Positions 1 through 11,899 of a stretch of 35,008 nucleotides of DNA are shown one piece after another. The notes beneath the pieces are model-generated. The model did not search any database. It had not been told where the DNA came from and saw nothing but the letters and a program-made list of their open reading frames with translations. Made by a program: the position numbers and the translations under genes. How positions within the stretch are numbered: the first letter of the stretch is position 1; each line of letters begins with the position of its first letter. Source of the stretch: Octopus bimaculoides (taxonomy: Eukaryota); contig NC_068983.1 of assembly GCF_001194135.2 (NCBI RefSeq), forward strand, positions 78,171,926 through 78,206,933, in the 5' to 3' direction.

Positions 1-187
1 AACAACAACAACAATCGAAAAATACCTTAGGAATGAGAAGCCAGGTTCGAAATTTCCCCAAGACACCTGATGAAGGCTGGAGGGTATATCAGCCGAAACG
101 TTGTGTTAACAACAAACACGATGAGGACAAATATCCGGCAAATGTAAATAATGTACATAATTCCTCATCTCTAAAATATAGAACTGT
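1..187 (+). mobile_element. Terminal-repeat (pLTR-like) fragment of a Penelope-like retroelement carrying a hammerhead ribozyme
   Basis: Contains a complete minimal hammerhead core (62-107) and a downstream 8-bp stem GATGAGGA(120-127)/TCCTCATC(162-169). Minimal hammerheads are characteristic of PLE terminal repeats. The 5' part is cut by the window edge. Confidence 0.65.
62..107 (+). ncRNA. Minimal type I hammerhead ribozyme (PLE-type, probably dimeric)
   Basis: Helix I GACAC(62-66)/GTGTT(103-107); core CTGATGA (67-73); helix II GGCTG(75-79)/CAGCC(90-94); GAAA (95-98); helix III reduced to palindrome AACGTT (97-102); NUH triplet GTT (100-102). Confidence 0.8.
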
Positions 188-189
188 AG

Positions 190-1400
190 TGATTTTTATT
201 GTTGTAAGAAGATACTTTCGAGGTAATAATATAATTTCTGTCTTGAACTGTTTTTTAGGTTGTAGTATTGTTTGAAGGGGTTATGAGTGAAATAAAATTA
301 GCGCATTTGATAGCATCTTTAAGAAATTTGTTATAGAAAAATAATATTCACAAATATCAGTCTGGGAAAGTGAAGCGTTTTCTTAAGTGGATGTCATGAA
401 ATTAGTTTTTTACAGCACTGATATAGGTACAAAAATAGTAGGATAAAATTAATGTACATTTGTTAACTACACATAGACCTCATTGTAAATATTTATATGT
501 TGGATAGCTGGATGTTGAGGGAAAGTAATTTTATAGACCTTTATAAAATAATAAATCTGTTGGTATTTAGATTGTTTTTTCTGTCATTAATTTTCAATTT
601 AGTTTTTATACTCTAAGCTGAAGAGTTTATATCGTAAGTGCAGCGAAGTTGGTTTTATTTTTGTTTATATATATANNNNNNNNNNNNNNNNNNNNNNNNN
701 NNNNNNNNNNNNNNNNNNNNNNNNNNNNNNNNNNNNNNNNNNNNNNNNNNNNNNNNNNNNNNNNNNNNNNNNNNNNNNNNNNNNNNNNNNNNNNNNNNNN
801 NNNNNNNNNNNNNNNNNNNNNNNNNNNNNNNNNNNNNNNNNNNNNNNNNNNNNNNNNNNNNNNNNNNNNNNTTCAAGAAAATTTTATCACTTTCCTTGAT
901 ATTATAAAATTTGTTTCAGAGTTATTTTTGGAAGTGACTAGTTTTATTTTTGAATTAAAATGTTGTATTAGACAGAACAAATCATCTTCTAGCGATTAGG
1001 TTGTAGGAAGATGTTTAGTGGAGGGCAATTAACTGTTTTTAAACCGTATTTATTTCCGGTGATATTGCCGGGTGAACTGTTTTCAAAAAAAAAAAATTTT
1101 CCACTTCAGTTTCTTGATTAGACACTCACTCTTTCGGAAGAAGTTTCACAGACAGAGTTTATTTGAATGTATACGGAGATTGTTTCCTCTAGAAATGGAA
1201 ATATGTAGAGATTGCATCTCCAAAGTTATAGCTTATGTTGTGGAAAGTGACTAATTTGTGGAGAGCTGTTGATTAATTGATATATGAGTTCTTAAAAATG
1301 TAAACATCAGAACAATAATTGACAAAATGACTCAATACTAAAAGACATCTTAATATTTCTTAAAGAGAAAGAATGACTGCGGCATTGAAATTTCGTCAAG
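190..1400 (-). mobile_element. Highly degenerate Penelope-like RT remnant, interrupted by the assembly gap
   Basis: Stop-ridden minus-strand translations (LRTHISINQQL..., VTFHNISYNFGDAISTYF, FVLSNTTF*FKN) loosely follow the PLE RT motif order (LPKIHK..RPIV..Y..AK.L..; FVL.NT.F.FN). Weak similarity. Confidence 0.3.
676..871. other. Assembly gap (N run) next to a (TA)n microsatellite
   Basis: Run of N preceded by TATATATATA. Confidence 0.99.
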
Positions 1401-2099
1401 AGTGACTTGTCAAATAGCGACTAGAAATATTAGAGTAGAAATGGGGACTTTATAGTTGAGTAGAAGGATTAAGAGAAATATTGTAATTTATAGATACAAA
1501 TTTGAATAGCCATTACATCATTAGGGGATATAATTTTATTTAAAAGCTGATGCAGTTCATTCTCGCATTAGAGTTGCAGTCAAGAAGAAACCGAACTAAC
1601 ATTAATATTCATTATTGAAGATAAGTAGTTATAAAGCACTAAATCTAAGTATGAACCTGAGTGAACGACTTGAAAATAGATGGAAGGTTCTGAAATAACA
1701 TAAAATAAAATAGCATAAAATAAAGTGCAGCCATTAAATAAGAGTAGTTGCCACCATTATTTACAGGGATAAGGATGAATTATATAAAAACTATAGAATT
1801 ATACCTTAAGACAAATTATCAATTATATTAGTAAAAACACGAAAACCCAATATAATTAAGCTACTCAAAATGTTATAGAACGGCGATGGGTGATATAGAA
1901 GAGATAAGTCACGTCTGATTCAAATAATTTGGCGAGGAAAGGTGATAATGTAAGAGAATAAGAAGTTAAGCTAATAACTATATGAGAGATAATGGAAGGT
2001 TGTACGTATGGCAACAATTAGCAAATAGGTAAAATTGTATGAGTAAGTGAATTTAATATGTAGATAGACAAAAATATACACAAAAACTCAAATTCGTAT

Positions 2100-2280
2100 A
2101 AATAAATACACATACATACATACATACATACATACATATTTACATAACCAAACACAAGTAGACACTCGAGACACTCTTGCAGTGTATAGCATATCTAATA
2201 AATAGTCATATGTATGTATGCATGTGAATATATATGTGTATGTATGAGTGTGTATATGTATGTATGTGTGTGTATATAGT
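2100..2280. repeat. Compound (CATA)n / (TATG,TG)n microsatellites
   Basis: Visible directly. Similar tracts at about 4905-4928 (CA), 9231-9258 (TA), 12817-12838 (CAT), 17472-17537 (TATG), 20220-20270, 20595-20620, 21655-21830, 22068-22098 (TA), 27685-27720 (CAT), 30590-30710, 34070-34200. Confidence 0.95.
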
Positions 2281-2769
2281 GTACTTGGCATTTGTTATCT
2301 TGTTATAATAGGGCCAGATGTTACATCTCTCGTCTCATCAGAGAAGACTAGTAAATTTGTGCTCTAATTATGCTGTAAACGCAGGGGTTATGTGAAAGGA
2401 GGAACAGTATAGAGAAGATTGTGATATTGAGACTAGTAATTTTGATACACATAAAAATGTAAGATTTAAAATACTAATAAAAATAGTGAACGTGAGAATG
2501 TTAAAAACAATAAAAACAATAAAATGGAAATAATTTTTAAAATGAAATAAAGAGTAGACTAGTGAGATTGAAAATATGAAAGTTGTATAAAAACGTAATC
2601 AGATTGAAAAAGAGCTAAAAATAACTATAATTTTGAGGTGTAAGATAAAAGGGGGCTAACGAGAAATGGTAATAATTGTAAGTTGAAACAAATTCAAATG
2701 TTAATAGATTAAGGAACATTCTTGGTTTGACTAGATAGAATAGTCTAGGTCATGGAATGTACTTGATAT

Positions 2770-2984
2770 TAGTTTCAAATTTTAGCACAAGGCCAGCAAT
2801 TTCGGAGAGGAGGTAAGTTGATTACGTTGAACCTAGTACTCAACTGGTACTTATTTTATCGAGCCTGAAAAGAAAAAAGGCAAAGTTGATCTCCGGGGAA
2901 TTTGAACTCAGAACGTAAAGACGGATGAAATGTCGCTAAGGATTTTGACCGGCCTACTAACGTTTCTGCCAAACTTGCCACCTT
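2770..2984 (-). mobile_element. tRNA-derived SINE, family A (label local to this report)
   Basis: Reverse complement of the 8833-9041 copy; B-box-like GAGTTCAAATTCC on the minus strand. Confidence 0.85.
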
Positions 2985-3174
2985 GAATGATGTGATATTA
3001 ATGGGTAATTTTGTGGATGTGCAGTTAGTGTTGTTTATCAAAGAGGGATTAAGAATAGAGACGTAAGCAAAAGGATAGGAAATGGAGAGGAAGAGAAGAA
3101 AAAGTAAGAAAAGAGAAAAGAAAATTTAAATAAAGAAGTATAATATGGAAGCAGATTCAACTAAGAAAAATTTC

Positions 3175-4010
3175 TGTTGTCGAAAACAATAGCAAGTTTC
3201 TATTCTAAACTCTCTATTAGGGCGAATCACTATTTATTGTTGACTATTGCCCTGTCAATGCCCACCTACTTCACTAATGCGGTCTGTGTAAGATCTTCAC
3301 ACCACCGAAGACGCTTTGAGCTTCTTGTAAACTGGTCTATACATATCTATGGCGAGCGTACAGCTCACAAATTTGTGAGTTGTATGGTCGACCTTGATAA
3401 GTAGGTCGTGTAACCAACGACTTTAAATTGCGGACATATTATGCTATCCCTGTCTACTGAGCGACAGAATTCTCAGATTTTTTAAACTTTATGTGGTTTG
3501 TACATGTCCATAATGGTAGATTCGGAAAAAAGGCTAGTACCTGTCAGAAATGTTTATGAAGGTTTCTGAAGCTTTTTTACCCCCTCTTCTATCGGCTATC
3601 CCCTCACGGCCCCATCATGCGTCTAAGATGCAATTTTAATCTCTGAATAGCACCAAAAGGTGAAACGTTCCCTGTAGACTCTTGATGTTTAAAGAAATCC
3701 GGCCACGCCGCACATTTGCGGATGTATTGATTGCTACCAGTTAGACGGTATCCCCTTGCAGCTGGCTTAAACCCTGGGTCCCAGAAGACAGAAGCTGTAT
3801 TACAAGATCTAAACCTTTCTGAATCTCACATTCCCGTTTGACTTGGAGGTGTGTACACCTCATAACCGTTAAAGATAAACGCGAAGGTGCTTACTTCGAA
3901 AATCCTGGTTTCGTTCATTTGTCACGACGTCTATGCTTAGTGATATTAGGTGACTGGAGGGGTTGCCTTGCCTCCAAGATGAGCCTCGGTCGTGTGCATT
4001 TACACTGCCG
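3175..4010 (-). mobile_element. Degenerate L1/Tx1-clade LINE ORF2, APE endonuclease domain
   Basis: Frameshifted minus-strand translation gives GSVNA..SSWRQG..ISLSIDVV, LLVLFRD*NCILDA (GDxN motif region), LWTCTNH, HTTHKFVSCTL (SDH region), YKKLKAS and AIVNNK**FAL, in the order expected for Tx1-type endonucleases. Confidence 0.7.
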
Positions 4011-4089
4011 TATTGTGAGTAAGGTCATGCTTTTTAAAAGAGTGTAAGGGAGAAAAGTTCTTTACATTATTACTCTAGAGGGGCAAAGA

Positions 4090-4835
4090 TTTCATCTCAC
4101 CAGCTAAGTATGGGTGTTTTTGCGACTGAGACTTTGTATTGTCATGTGCTAATATTTTCTCAGAAATCTCCTAGCCGGTTCGGATATTTGTTTCATTTTT
4201 TATAAGTTGATTGCATTCTGTATTGTTTAGTTGGGTTCTATGTTCTTCGGTATGCTATTCATTGGTGTGAGGAAATCGTATCGTATGTTTTTGTGTTAAT
4301 GTGTCTTATTCATTCTTTGATACTTGTGAGTATGGCTGTATTGTTGTATTGTTTATGATGTTTCTTTGCCGGTGTTATTCCTGTTGGTTTGGATGTTGAC
4401 TGGGTTGCGTTTGTTGCAGTGTTTGCCGTGTTAATGTCGTCTGTGGTTTTCGTGGTGATGGTGAAAGGTATTGGTGCTGGCGTGGTACTTTGTTCAAGTC
4501 TCTTCTCTTCAAATCTTTCAGCTTCTTGTGAAGACAAATTTGTTTTGTCCTTTTCCCTTTTCACTGCTTTCTTACTGGGTCATAAACTATTTCTCATCCT
4601 TGTCGCTATCATTCCGGAACACGTCAGAATGTTCTGAAGGAAAAGTATGACTGTGGTATTATGTTGTAGTTGAGGGCTTTGTTGTTGATGCTGGCAATGT
4701 TGTTTCTATTAACATTATTGTTGAGGAGCGTCTATGGCCCTTTTTGTTTTAGTATTTCTACTTCTGGTGTTGCTGCCGAAATTTTCTTTTTGTATCTGTT
4801 ACTGTAGTTTCTGTTAGCGCTGCTGTTGCTACTCC
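4090..4835 (-). mobile_element. Thr/Ser-rich ORF1-like remnant upstream of the Tx1 endonuclease
   Basis: ORF 4310-4564(-) KREKDKTNLSSQEAERFEEKRLEQSTTPAPIPFTITTKTT lies immediately 5' of ORF2 on the same strand and is cut by a SINE at about 4840. Confidence 0.4.
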
Positions 4836-4839
4836 TGGT

Positions 4840-5097
4840 GGTAAAGTTGCATGCAAACCAACACCAGGTGTCAAAGCAGTGGTAGGGGACAAGCACAAGC
4901 AGAAACACACACACACACACACACACATACAGAGGGTGGGCTTCTCTTTGTTTCCATCTACCAAATCCACTCACAAGACTTTAGTTGTCCCAAGGCTATA
5001 GTAGAAGACACTTGCCCATAGTGCTATGTAGTAGGACTGAACCTGGAACCATGTAGTTGGGAAGCAAACTTCTAACCACACAGCTACAGCTGCACAT
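4840..5097 (-). mobile_element. tRNA-derived SINE, family B, with internal (CA)n
   Basis: Minus strand reads GCTGTGTGGTTAGAAG...GGTTCAGTCC...GGGCAAGTGTCTTCTACTATAGC...GTGAGTGGATTTGGTAGATGGAAAC; homologous to 19284-19452. Confidence 0.85.
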
Positions 5098-7194
5098 GTC
5101 ATCAAATCTGTTACAGGTTTTATTCTTGTTTGAACAAGAAATAAAAGTTAGAGGCAAGAAGAGCATCCACCCAGGAACACTACTTCAATAATATATGAAT
5201 CTAAGTGATGATAGCTTGAAAATATGGATATATAAACAAATAAAGAAATACAAATTATCTTCTGCTTATGTATATATATTTATAGGGTTTTGGCACAGTT
5301 GTGTAATGTAGTTTCTTTTTGGGTTATTAATACAGCTATTTAACTTGCTAGCACTCATATACCATTAGACTATACATGATAATGCTACCTTGGGATGGGA
5401 ATATACAAGCTGAAATCTATAAAACCAGGTTTAAAGGCTTGTACTTTTGGTAAATAGGACTAATGCAATGTCATTTATAAAACACTTAAGCTAGGATGAT
5501 ATCTGAGTCACTAGAGAGACAGTATAGAATATGGCTTGATCAGTCACAAGTTTTTTTTTATTTTTATTTTTTGTTTCGCTATTATTGCTTCAGATATTTG
5601 ACAGGAATTGGGAAAATTGGCTGATTTATTTGAATATCTCAACAGGTAACAGTATGTCTTTTAAGTATATGAAACACTTAAGTTTTACTTAACCTAATTC
5701 TTTGAATTTGGATTTTACGACATGCCAAACTGGCACAATTGTCTTTTAAGTTATATCAATGATATAAGTGAATGTAGCAGAGGAATATATAAGAATGGTC
5801 TTTAAGCTTGTTTTAAGATTAGAATTGCTATTGGAAAGGAAAACTGCACAGTGTGAATTTCAAAGAGAATGCAATGTGCATTATGAATAGTGATACGGAG
5901 AAAATACAGTATGAAGGTATTTTAGTAGCATCACAACTGCATACAAAGAGAGACATGAGAATAATGAGAATATTGAGAATAAAGACAGTCATTAAGTGGG
6001 TATAATACAGATGAAGTAGATTTAAGATTAGAGAAAACGAAAAATTACATAATGGAAGCTTCCACAAAAAATGATAAAGAATATATTGATTTCATATATT
6101 GATTTCATAGCACTGATGAAGTGTAATGTTATTGTTTAGCTCAACTTTAAGTGCTGATTGAAAAGATCAAGAAGGTAGTCAGTCAAATGGATAATTTTGA
6201 TTTACATGTCCATTCTTCCAGATATGTTTCTCTCTTCCTAACTGAAAACCTTTTAGCACACTCCAAGATACAGTAGTGTGTAACTTATAGCATGTAGAAG
6301 ACAGAGTGTGATTGGGTGTAATCCAGGCTGGCTGCTTGCTTTTCCTGAGTGATGGTGATGGTGCTGTTTTTATTTCAATGTGCTAATTGAGGTTTTGGGG
6401 TTTCTAGAACAATACATCTATAGACAAACCATCTCACTGTTTGTCTTATACTGGAACAGTTTAGTGATTAGTAGTGTAGTGTGTAAAAGTATTTTTGAAA
6501 TATAATAATGTATTAGCAAGCATCAAGAAGAAAGTTTGTTGCATGGTTTAATGTCAAGCTGTCTGTTGATACATTAATGTTAAGTTCAAAACTTTGCAAT
6601 AGAAATTGATTTTAAATTATACTCAGCTTGATTCCTATATTACAACTGACTGGTTGATATCCATAGGCATATTCTGTAATAATAATCTATAAGGAAAAAC
6701 TAAAATTATATCAAAATTATTTTGGTTTAAACATGAAAAGCTACTTGCCAGATACACAAAATTTCACTCATCTATTCTGTTTCTTTTTTCCTAGTTCTAC
6801 GTCTTATGCTACTATCTATAATAATGTCTATACTATATAATTATAGAATGTGTAAAGCTCTGTACCTCCTCCTCTACAGCTGATGAGAAGTGCTAACTTC
6901 TCTTTAACCCATAACGTTTCTGCCTGTTTTATCTGAAAAATGCATACAGTAACCTTATTCTTCACAGACCCTTCTATGTTGTGAGTGTGATGGTATTTTT
7001 CTTTTGTTCATTCATAATGTACTATGCTTAGGATTGTTTGCAATTTCCAGCCCATCAAGTAAGCCCACATTATTTTATAGTGATACTGGTGGTTTAAGTG
7101 ATTAAGAGTAGGTAATAGAGAAAATACAATCTTAGTTATGATAAAAGAGATGGTGGGAACATACTACCTAAGAGATAAATGTTACAGATACAGA

Positions 7195-7251
7195 AATTAT
7201 TCAAAGAATATAAGTCCACTCAATTATTCAAAGAATATAAGTCCACTCAAT
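7195..7251. repeat. Perfect 27-bp tandem duplication
   Basis: AATTATTCAAAGAATATAAGTCCACTC at 7195-7221 and 7222-7248. Confidence 0.95.
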
Positions 7252-8215
7252 CAAGTTTATGCATGTAGCTATGTATATGACACATGCACATATATATGCA
7301 TACACCATCAGATACACACAGATATAATATTTGCTATAAATTTATACATTTTTGCAGACATATTTTAGTGGTAAATGTGTGACCAACTAATTTAACATTC
7401 TAATTTCCAGTTGCTACTGGAACTCTTACCCCCATCTCTTCTTTTTTTTTCCATTTGATTAGTCATTGATAAAATGGTAGCTATCATAGTCACTTCAAAG
7501 TCTTCTAGATTGGTAAGGATTTTGTAGAAATGAAGTTATTTACAGACTGGAAAAGTAGCTTGAAAACTTGTAATATAGTATACTCTGCCAAGGCACTGAT
7601 GAATCAATTGTATTAAACCAGGTGACAGATTTAGTATATCACCCAAGAACTGGAGCTTATATCACTACAGGCACATTTATTTAACAACTTACTCCTTTTA
7701 TATTTCTTTGTCAAATAAAATGACTGAGTCATTAATTCTTTTGATACCAATCCTGCAGAAACCAGCTCTAGCTTTGTAGTACAAATGTCTTTTCTTCATA
7801 AGTTCTGAACTAAAATCTTCCACCAAACCTTTGTCACAATTTATGTTCCCAACACTAGCTTAATGATAAGTAAGTTATTTTACTAAGTTCTTTGTTATAT
7901 TTAAAATAATTGAAAGATACACAGAGCATCTAGAAATAAATGCAGTAACAAAAGGGTTAAAAACATTGGACAGAAGTTTTTGTGAATTTTTTCTTGAACC
8001 ACTACACTTTCGGTTCAAATCCTACTGAGGTCATTTTTGCCTTTCATCCGTTCAGGATCAATAAAGAGTACCAGTCTAAGATGGGGGATTGGTAGAATTG
8101 TAAGAATATTGGTCTGGTTTACTTTGCAGTATCTATTCCAGTTCTTTCCACTCTGACTTCATATAACTATTGTCTACTTGGATGGTAGATTGAGTCCATT
8201 ACCTGGTTTGCCAAG

Positions 8216-8616
8216 CGACGCTGGGCACAGGTGCCATCACGAAAGTGAAATCGTAATGGCACCTGTGCGCAGCGTCGCCTTCCTGGCACTTGTGCCTATG
8301 CCACGTGTAAAGACATTCGAGCAAGATCGTTGCCAGTGCCGCTGGAGTGGCTCCTGTGCAGGTGGCACATAAAATACACCATTTTGATCATGGCCGTTGC
8401 CAGTACCGCCTGACTGGCCTTCGTGCCGGTGGCACATAAAAGCACCCACTACACTCTCGGAGTGGTTGGCATTAGGAAGGGCATCCAGCTGTAGAAACTC
8501 TGCCAAATCAGATTGGGGTTTGGTGTAGCCATCTGATTCACCAGTCTTCAGTCAAATCGTCCAACCCATACTAGCATGGAAAGCGGACGTTAAACGATGA
8601 TGATGAGGATGATGAA
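8216..8616 (+). mobile_element. 5'-truncated RTE-LINE 3' tail (family D) with an inverted duplication at its 5' end
   Basis: Reverse complement of 14545-14900. Ends CCAACCCATACTAGCATGGAAAGCGGACGTTAAACGATGATGATG. Has a 26-bp foldback at 8216-8277. Confidence 0.9.
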
Positions 8617-8832
8617 GATCTGGTACCATTGGTGCTTTTTAGCAGTGCCTGATCTGTTGCAAATATTCTAACTAACTTTCCATTTCGAAGAGACCATCCT
8701 CACTCTCTCATATTAGTCTCACAGGTCCTATAACAGGAGTCTAGAAGATGAAAAACAACAAAAAAGGAAACTGTGAAATGTTTGTATCATTTGTAAGCTT
8801 TGTTAGAAGTGTAAGAATAATTTTAACTTCTA

Positions 8833-9041
8833 AGGCAGCGAGCTGGCAGAAACATTAACACACCGGGTGAAATGCTTAGCGGCATTTCATCTGTCTTAAT
8901 GTTCTGAGTTCAAATTCCACTGAGGTCAACTTTGCCTTTCATCCTTTTGGGGTTGATAAATTAAGTACCAGTTGTGTACTGGGGTTGATCTAATCGACTG
9001 TCCCCCTACCCCAAAATTTCGGGCCTTGTGCCTAGAGTAGA
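8833..9041 (+). mobile_element. tRNA-derived SINE, family A, full length with perfect 20-bp TSD
   Basis: B-box GAGTTCAAATTCC; flanked by AAGAATAATTTTAACTTCTA at 8813-8832 and 9042-9061. Confidence 0.92.
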
Positions 9042-9224
9042 AAGAATAATTTTAACTTCTATTTTTTTTATTTTTTACTTGTTTCAGTCATTAGTCTGTT
9101 GCCATGCAAGGGCACTGCTTTGAAGAATCTATAATTGATTGAACTGACTAAACTGGCAACATGGCCATCCCCAAATACAACAATATCTATTTCAACACAC
9201 GAATTCACATCAAGAATCTTGCAA

Positions 9225-9385
9225 GACGAATATATACATATATATATATATATATATTTATACGATGGGTTTCTTCCAGTTTTTGTCTACCAAATTCACT
9301 CTCAAGGCTTTGGTTGGCCTGGGGCTATAGTAGAAGACACTCACCCAAGATGCCAAGCAGTGAGATAGAACCTGAAACCAGGGTA
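9225..9385 (-). mobile_element. SINE family B
   Basis: TACCAAATTCACTCTCAAGGCTTTGGTTGGCCTGGGGCTATAGTAGAAGACACTCACCCAAG is the reverse complement of the family B body; (TA)n tail. Confidence 0.8.
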
Positions 9386-9867
9386 TATGATGTGACAAAT
9401 TGTCAGCTTGGACTTATGATGACTATTGTCATTAAAATGAATATAAAACAGGGTATTCCAGCGACTTTTAGATGTAGAAAGAAAAAGTTGAACAAATGTT
9501 AGCTTCAAATTTGGTGGCTTTGAGAAACATTCTCAATGTGATGAGAAGAAGAGAGGCTGATACATCAAATGGTTGGCTTTTGGATGAAAGGGTATACTGC
9601 ATTGCTAATGTAATGTGTTCAGGTGAGCAGAGTTTGTGGCTGAAATTAGAGAGAAATCAAAATACAAAGTATATTAGGTATATTAGTTGGTTCGAGGTTT
9701 AGTAAGTTGAAGTGCTTTGGATTTTTTCCCCTTGTACATAGTGGAGAATGTATGAGTACATGTAGTTTGCATTGCATTGAATATTTGTCATTTAGACAAA
9801 AGTGTAAAAAGTCGCTTTGTTCATGAATGGCCATAGGAGTGCACCTTGGAAGTTCCCCTCCAAGGTA

Positions 9868-10141
9868 CAAGTCCAGGCAAGATTGTTTATGGCAGACCAG
9901 CAGTCGCCCATGCATACCAGCCTCCCATTTCTATGCAAGCAATATTATACAAGGGAAAGGCACAGGCCAATACAGCTTGGTACTAGTGACGTTGCAACTC
10001 ATTTTTACAGCCGAGTGAACTCAAGCAACATGAAATAAAGTGACTTGCTCAAGAACACAACACACAGCCCAGTCTGGGATTTGAACTCACTACCTCATGA
10101 TTGTGAGCCTGACACTCTAACCACTGAGTCATGTGCCTTCA
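9868..10141 (-). mobile_element. tRNA-derived SINE, family E
   Basis: Minus strand shows A-box-like TGACTCAGTGG and B-box GAGTTCAAATCC, then a TGTGTTGTGTTCTTGAGCAAGTCACTTTATTTC body. Confidence 0.8.
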
Positions 10142-10387
10142 CGTAGACTAGCCTTGAATAAGAAACCTAAACTGTCTTCTATAGCACGTGTATTTATTTA
10201 TATTTCAAAAAATATCTGTAATGTGTATGTGTGTGGAAGTGTATCATTAATGTTTCTTAACAACAGACTTATTTCCAGGCTCAATTTTGTTTTAATTTCA
10301 CCATTTAAGAAAACAAACTCTTTAGATAGCTATTAATATGAGTTGCTTTTGTTGTTGTTGATAATGTTGTTGCTACTATTTAACACA

Positions 10388-10767
10388 GTGGAGGCGCAAT
10401 GGCCCAGTGGTTAGGGCAGCGGACTCGCGGTCATAGGATCGCGGTTTCGATTCCCAGACCGGACGTTGTGGGTGTTTATTGAGCGAAAACACCTAAAGCT
10501 CCACGAGGCTCTGGCAGGGGATGGTGGCAAACCCTGCTGTACTCTTCCACCACAACTTTCTCTCACTCCCTGTTTCTGTTGTGCCTGTAATTCAAAGGGT
10601 CAGCCTTGTCACACAGTGTCACGCTAAATATGCCCGAGAACTACGTTAAGGGTACACGTGTCTGTGGAGTGCTCAGCCACTTGCACGTTAATTTCACGAG
10701 CAGGCTGTTCTGTTGATCGGATCAACTGGAACCCTCGACGTCGTAAGCGACGGAGTGCCAACAACAG
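10388..10767 (+). mobile_element. Full-length tRNA-derived SINE, family F (tRNA-Arg-like head, resembling octopus OR-type SINEs)
   Basis: A-box TGGCCCAGTGG, B-box GGTTTCGATTCC, (CAA) tail; 12-bp TSD CTATTTAACACA (10376-10387) / CTACTTAACACA (10768-10779); CpGs retained. Confidence 0.88.
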
Positions 10768-11653
10768 CTACTTAACACAATTCAGCCTTACCTGAGTGGG
10801 CCTGTGCTTAAAGGTGTCCCACTTATTACCAACTTTTCTCTTATTTAAAAACTGTGCATCCTGAACTACATATTCTCTGCTGTGTCTTTCATCATCTTTC
10901 AGCATAGGATGTGAACTGATCATGATTTCACTGCTACTTTCCATAGGTCAAGTGTTATCTAGAGTCTCATTTATTGACTACAAATTTGTTTCTATCAACA
11001 ATATCATTTGGATCCTCTTACTCTTCTGCTTTCTCCAATTTTTCCTCTTCCTTCTCCTTCCCATCATCATCAGCAGCAGCATTATCATCACTAATACCAT
11101 CATTTTCACTACCATTACCATCACTACTATTGACATCCTCTTTATTGGAGCCTTATTCAGCATGATCAGTTTAATAACTCTTGTTTTTTTGTTTTTTTTT
11201 TATTTTGGTAGATTATAATTGATTAGATGTATTTCATACACACAATTACTCCTTTGTTCATGATCAACTCAGATAATCAATTTAGTAACTGAATTTTTAA
11301 TGCTGCACTTAACCTCCAATCTATAGCTACAATATCTCCTGTCTGTATCTAAAGGTTCAAATTTGAACCTTTAAGTTATACAGTAAAGATTAATACAGAT
11401 AATGGGTGAAGTATATTTTTAAAAAGTAACATCGTTTTGTAACCATAATTACTAAATGTGAGCTTGATTTGAACTTTCATATTTCACACTGCATTACATT
11501 AAGCAATAAATGATTACTGCTACCATATAAACTATTTTGTTATGGAAGGCAAAAAAAATGATGTATCATGTGAAGTCAGTTGAGAAATAAAGATGGCTAC
11601 TTATTACTGTTACTGATTGAGTTTTTGTTGAAATCAAACTGACATATAATATT

Positions 11654-11860
11654 GGTTTCAAATTTTGACACAAGGCCAGCTATTTTGAGGAAGGTATAAG
11701 TTGATCACATTGACTCCAGTGGTACTAATATTATTGACCTGCAAAGGAGGAAAGGTACAGCTGGCCCCGGCAGAAGTTGAACGAAAAACATAAAGACAGA
11801 CAAAATGTCGCTAAGCATTTTGCCCAGCTTGCTAATGATTCTGGCAGCTTGCCACCTTAA
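11654..11860 (-). mobile_element. SINE family A with TSD
   Basis: Homologous to 8833-9041; flanks GACATATAATATT (11641-11653) / GATATATAATATT (11864-11876). Confidence 0.85.
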
Positions 11861-11899
11861 ATTGATATATAATATTACTAAAGGATAACATGCATGTGT

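Noticed and set aside
3361-3410. Perfect 16-bp palindrome CTCACAAATTTGTGAG and a neighbouring 6-bp hairpin
   Set aside because: They lie inside decayed Tx1 coding sequence; no independent sign of function.
5594-5645. Plus-strand exon-like segment (ELGKLADLFEYLN or IFDRNWENWLIYLNIST) ending CAG|GTAACA
   Set aside because: No recognisable homology and no compatible partner exons; such motifs are expected by chance.
9496-9702. 68-aa ORF with an internal CAG|GTGAGC donor
   Set aside because: The acceptor context is purine-rich. The peptide could be a LINE endonuclease remnant, but neither reading can be supported.
10388-10460. tRNA-like sequence
   Set aside because: It is the head of a SINE with body, tail and TSD; there is no complete cloverleaf or acceptor stem.
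10922-11218. Hydrophobic 98-aa ORF that looks like a membrane protein
   Set aside because: It is the antisense shadow of a GAT/GAG-rich low-complexity tract.
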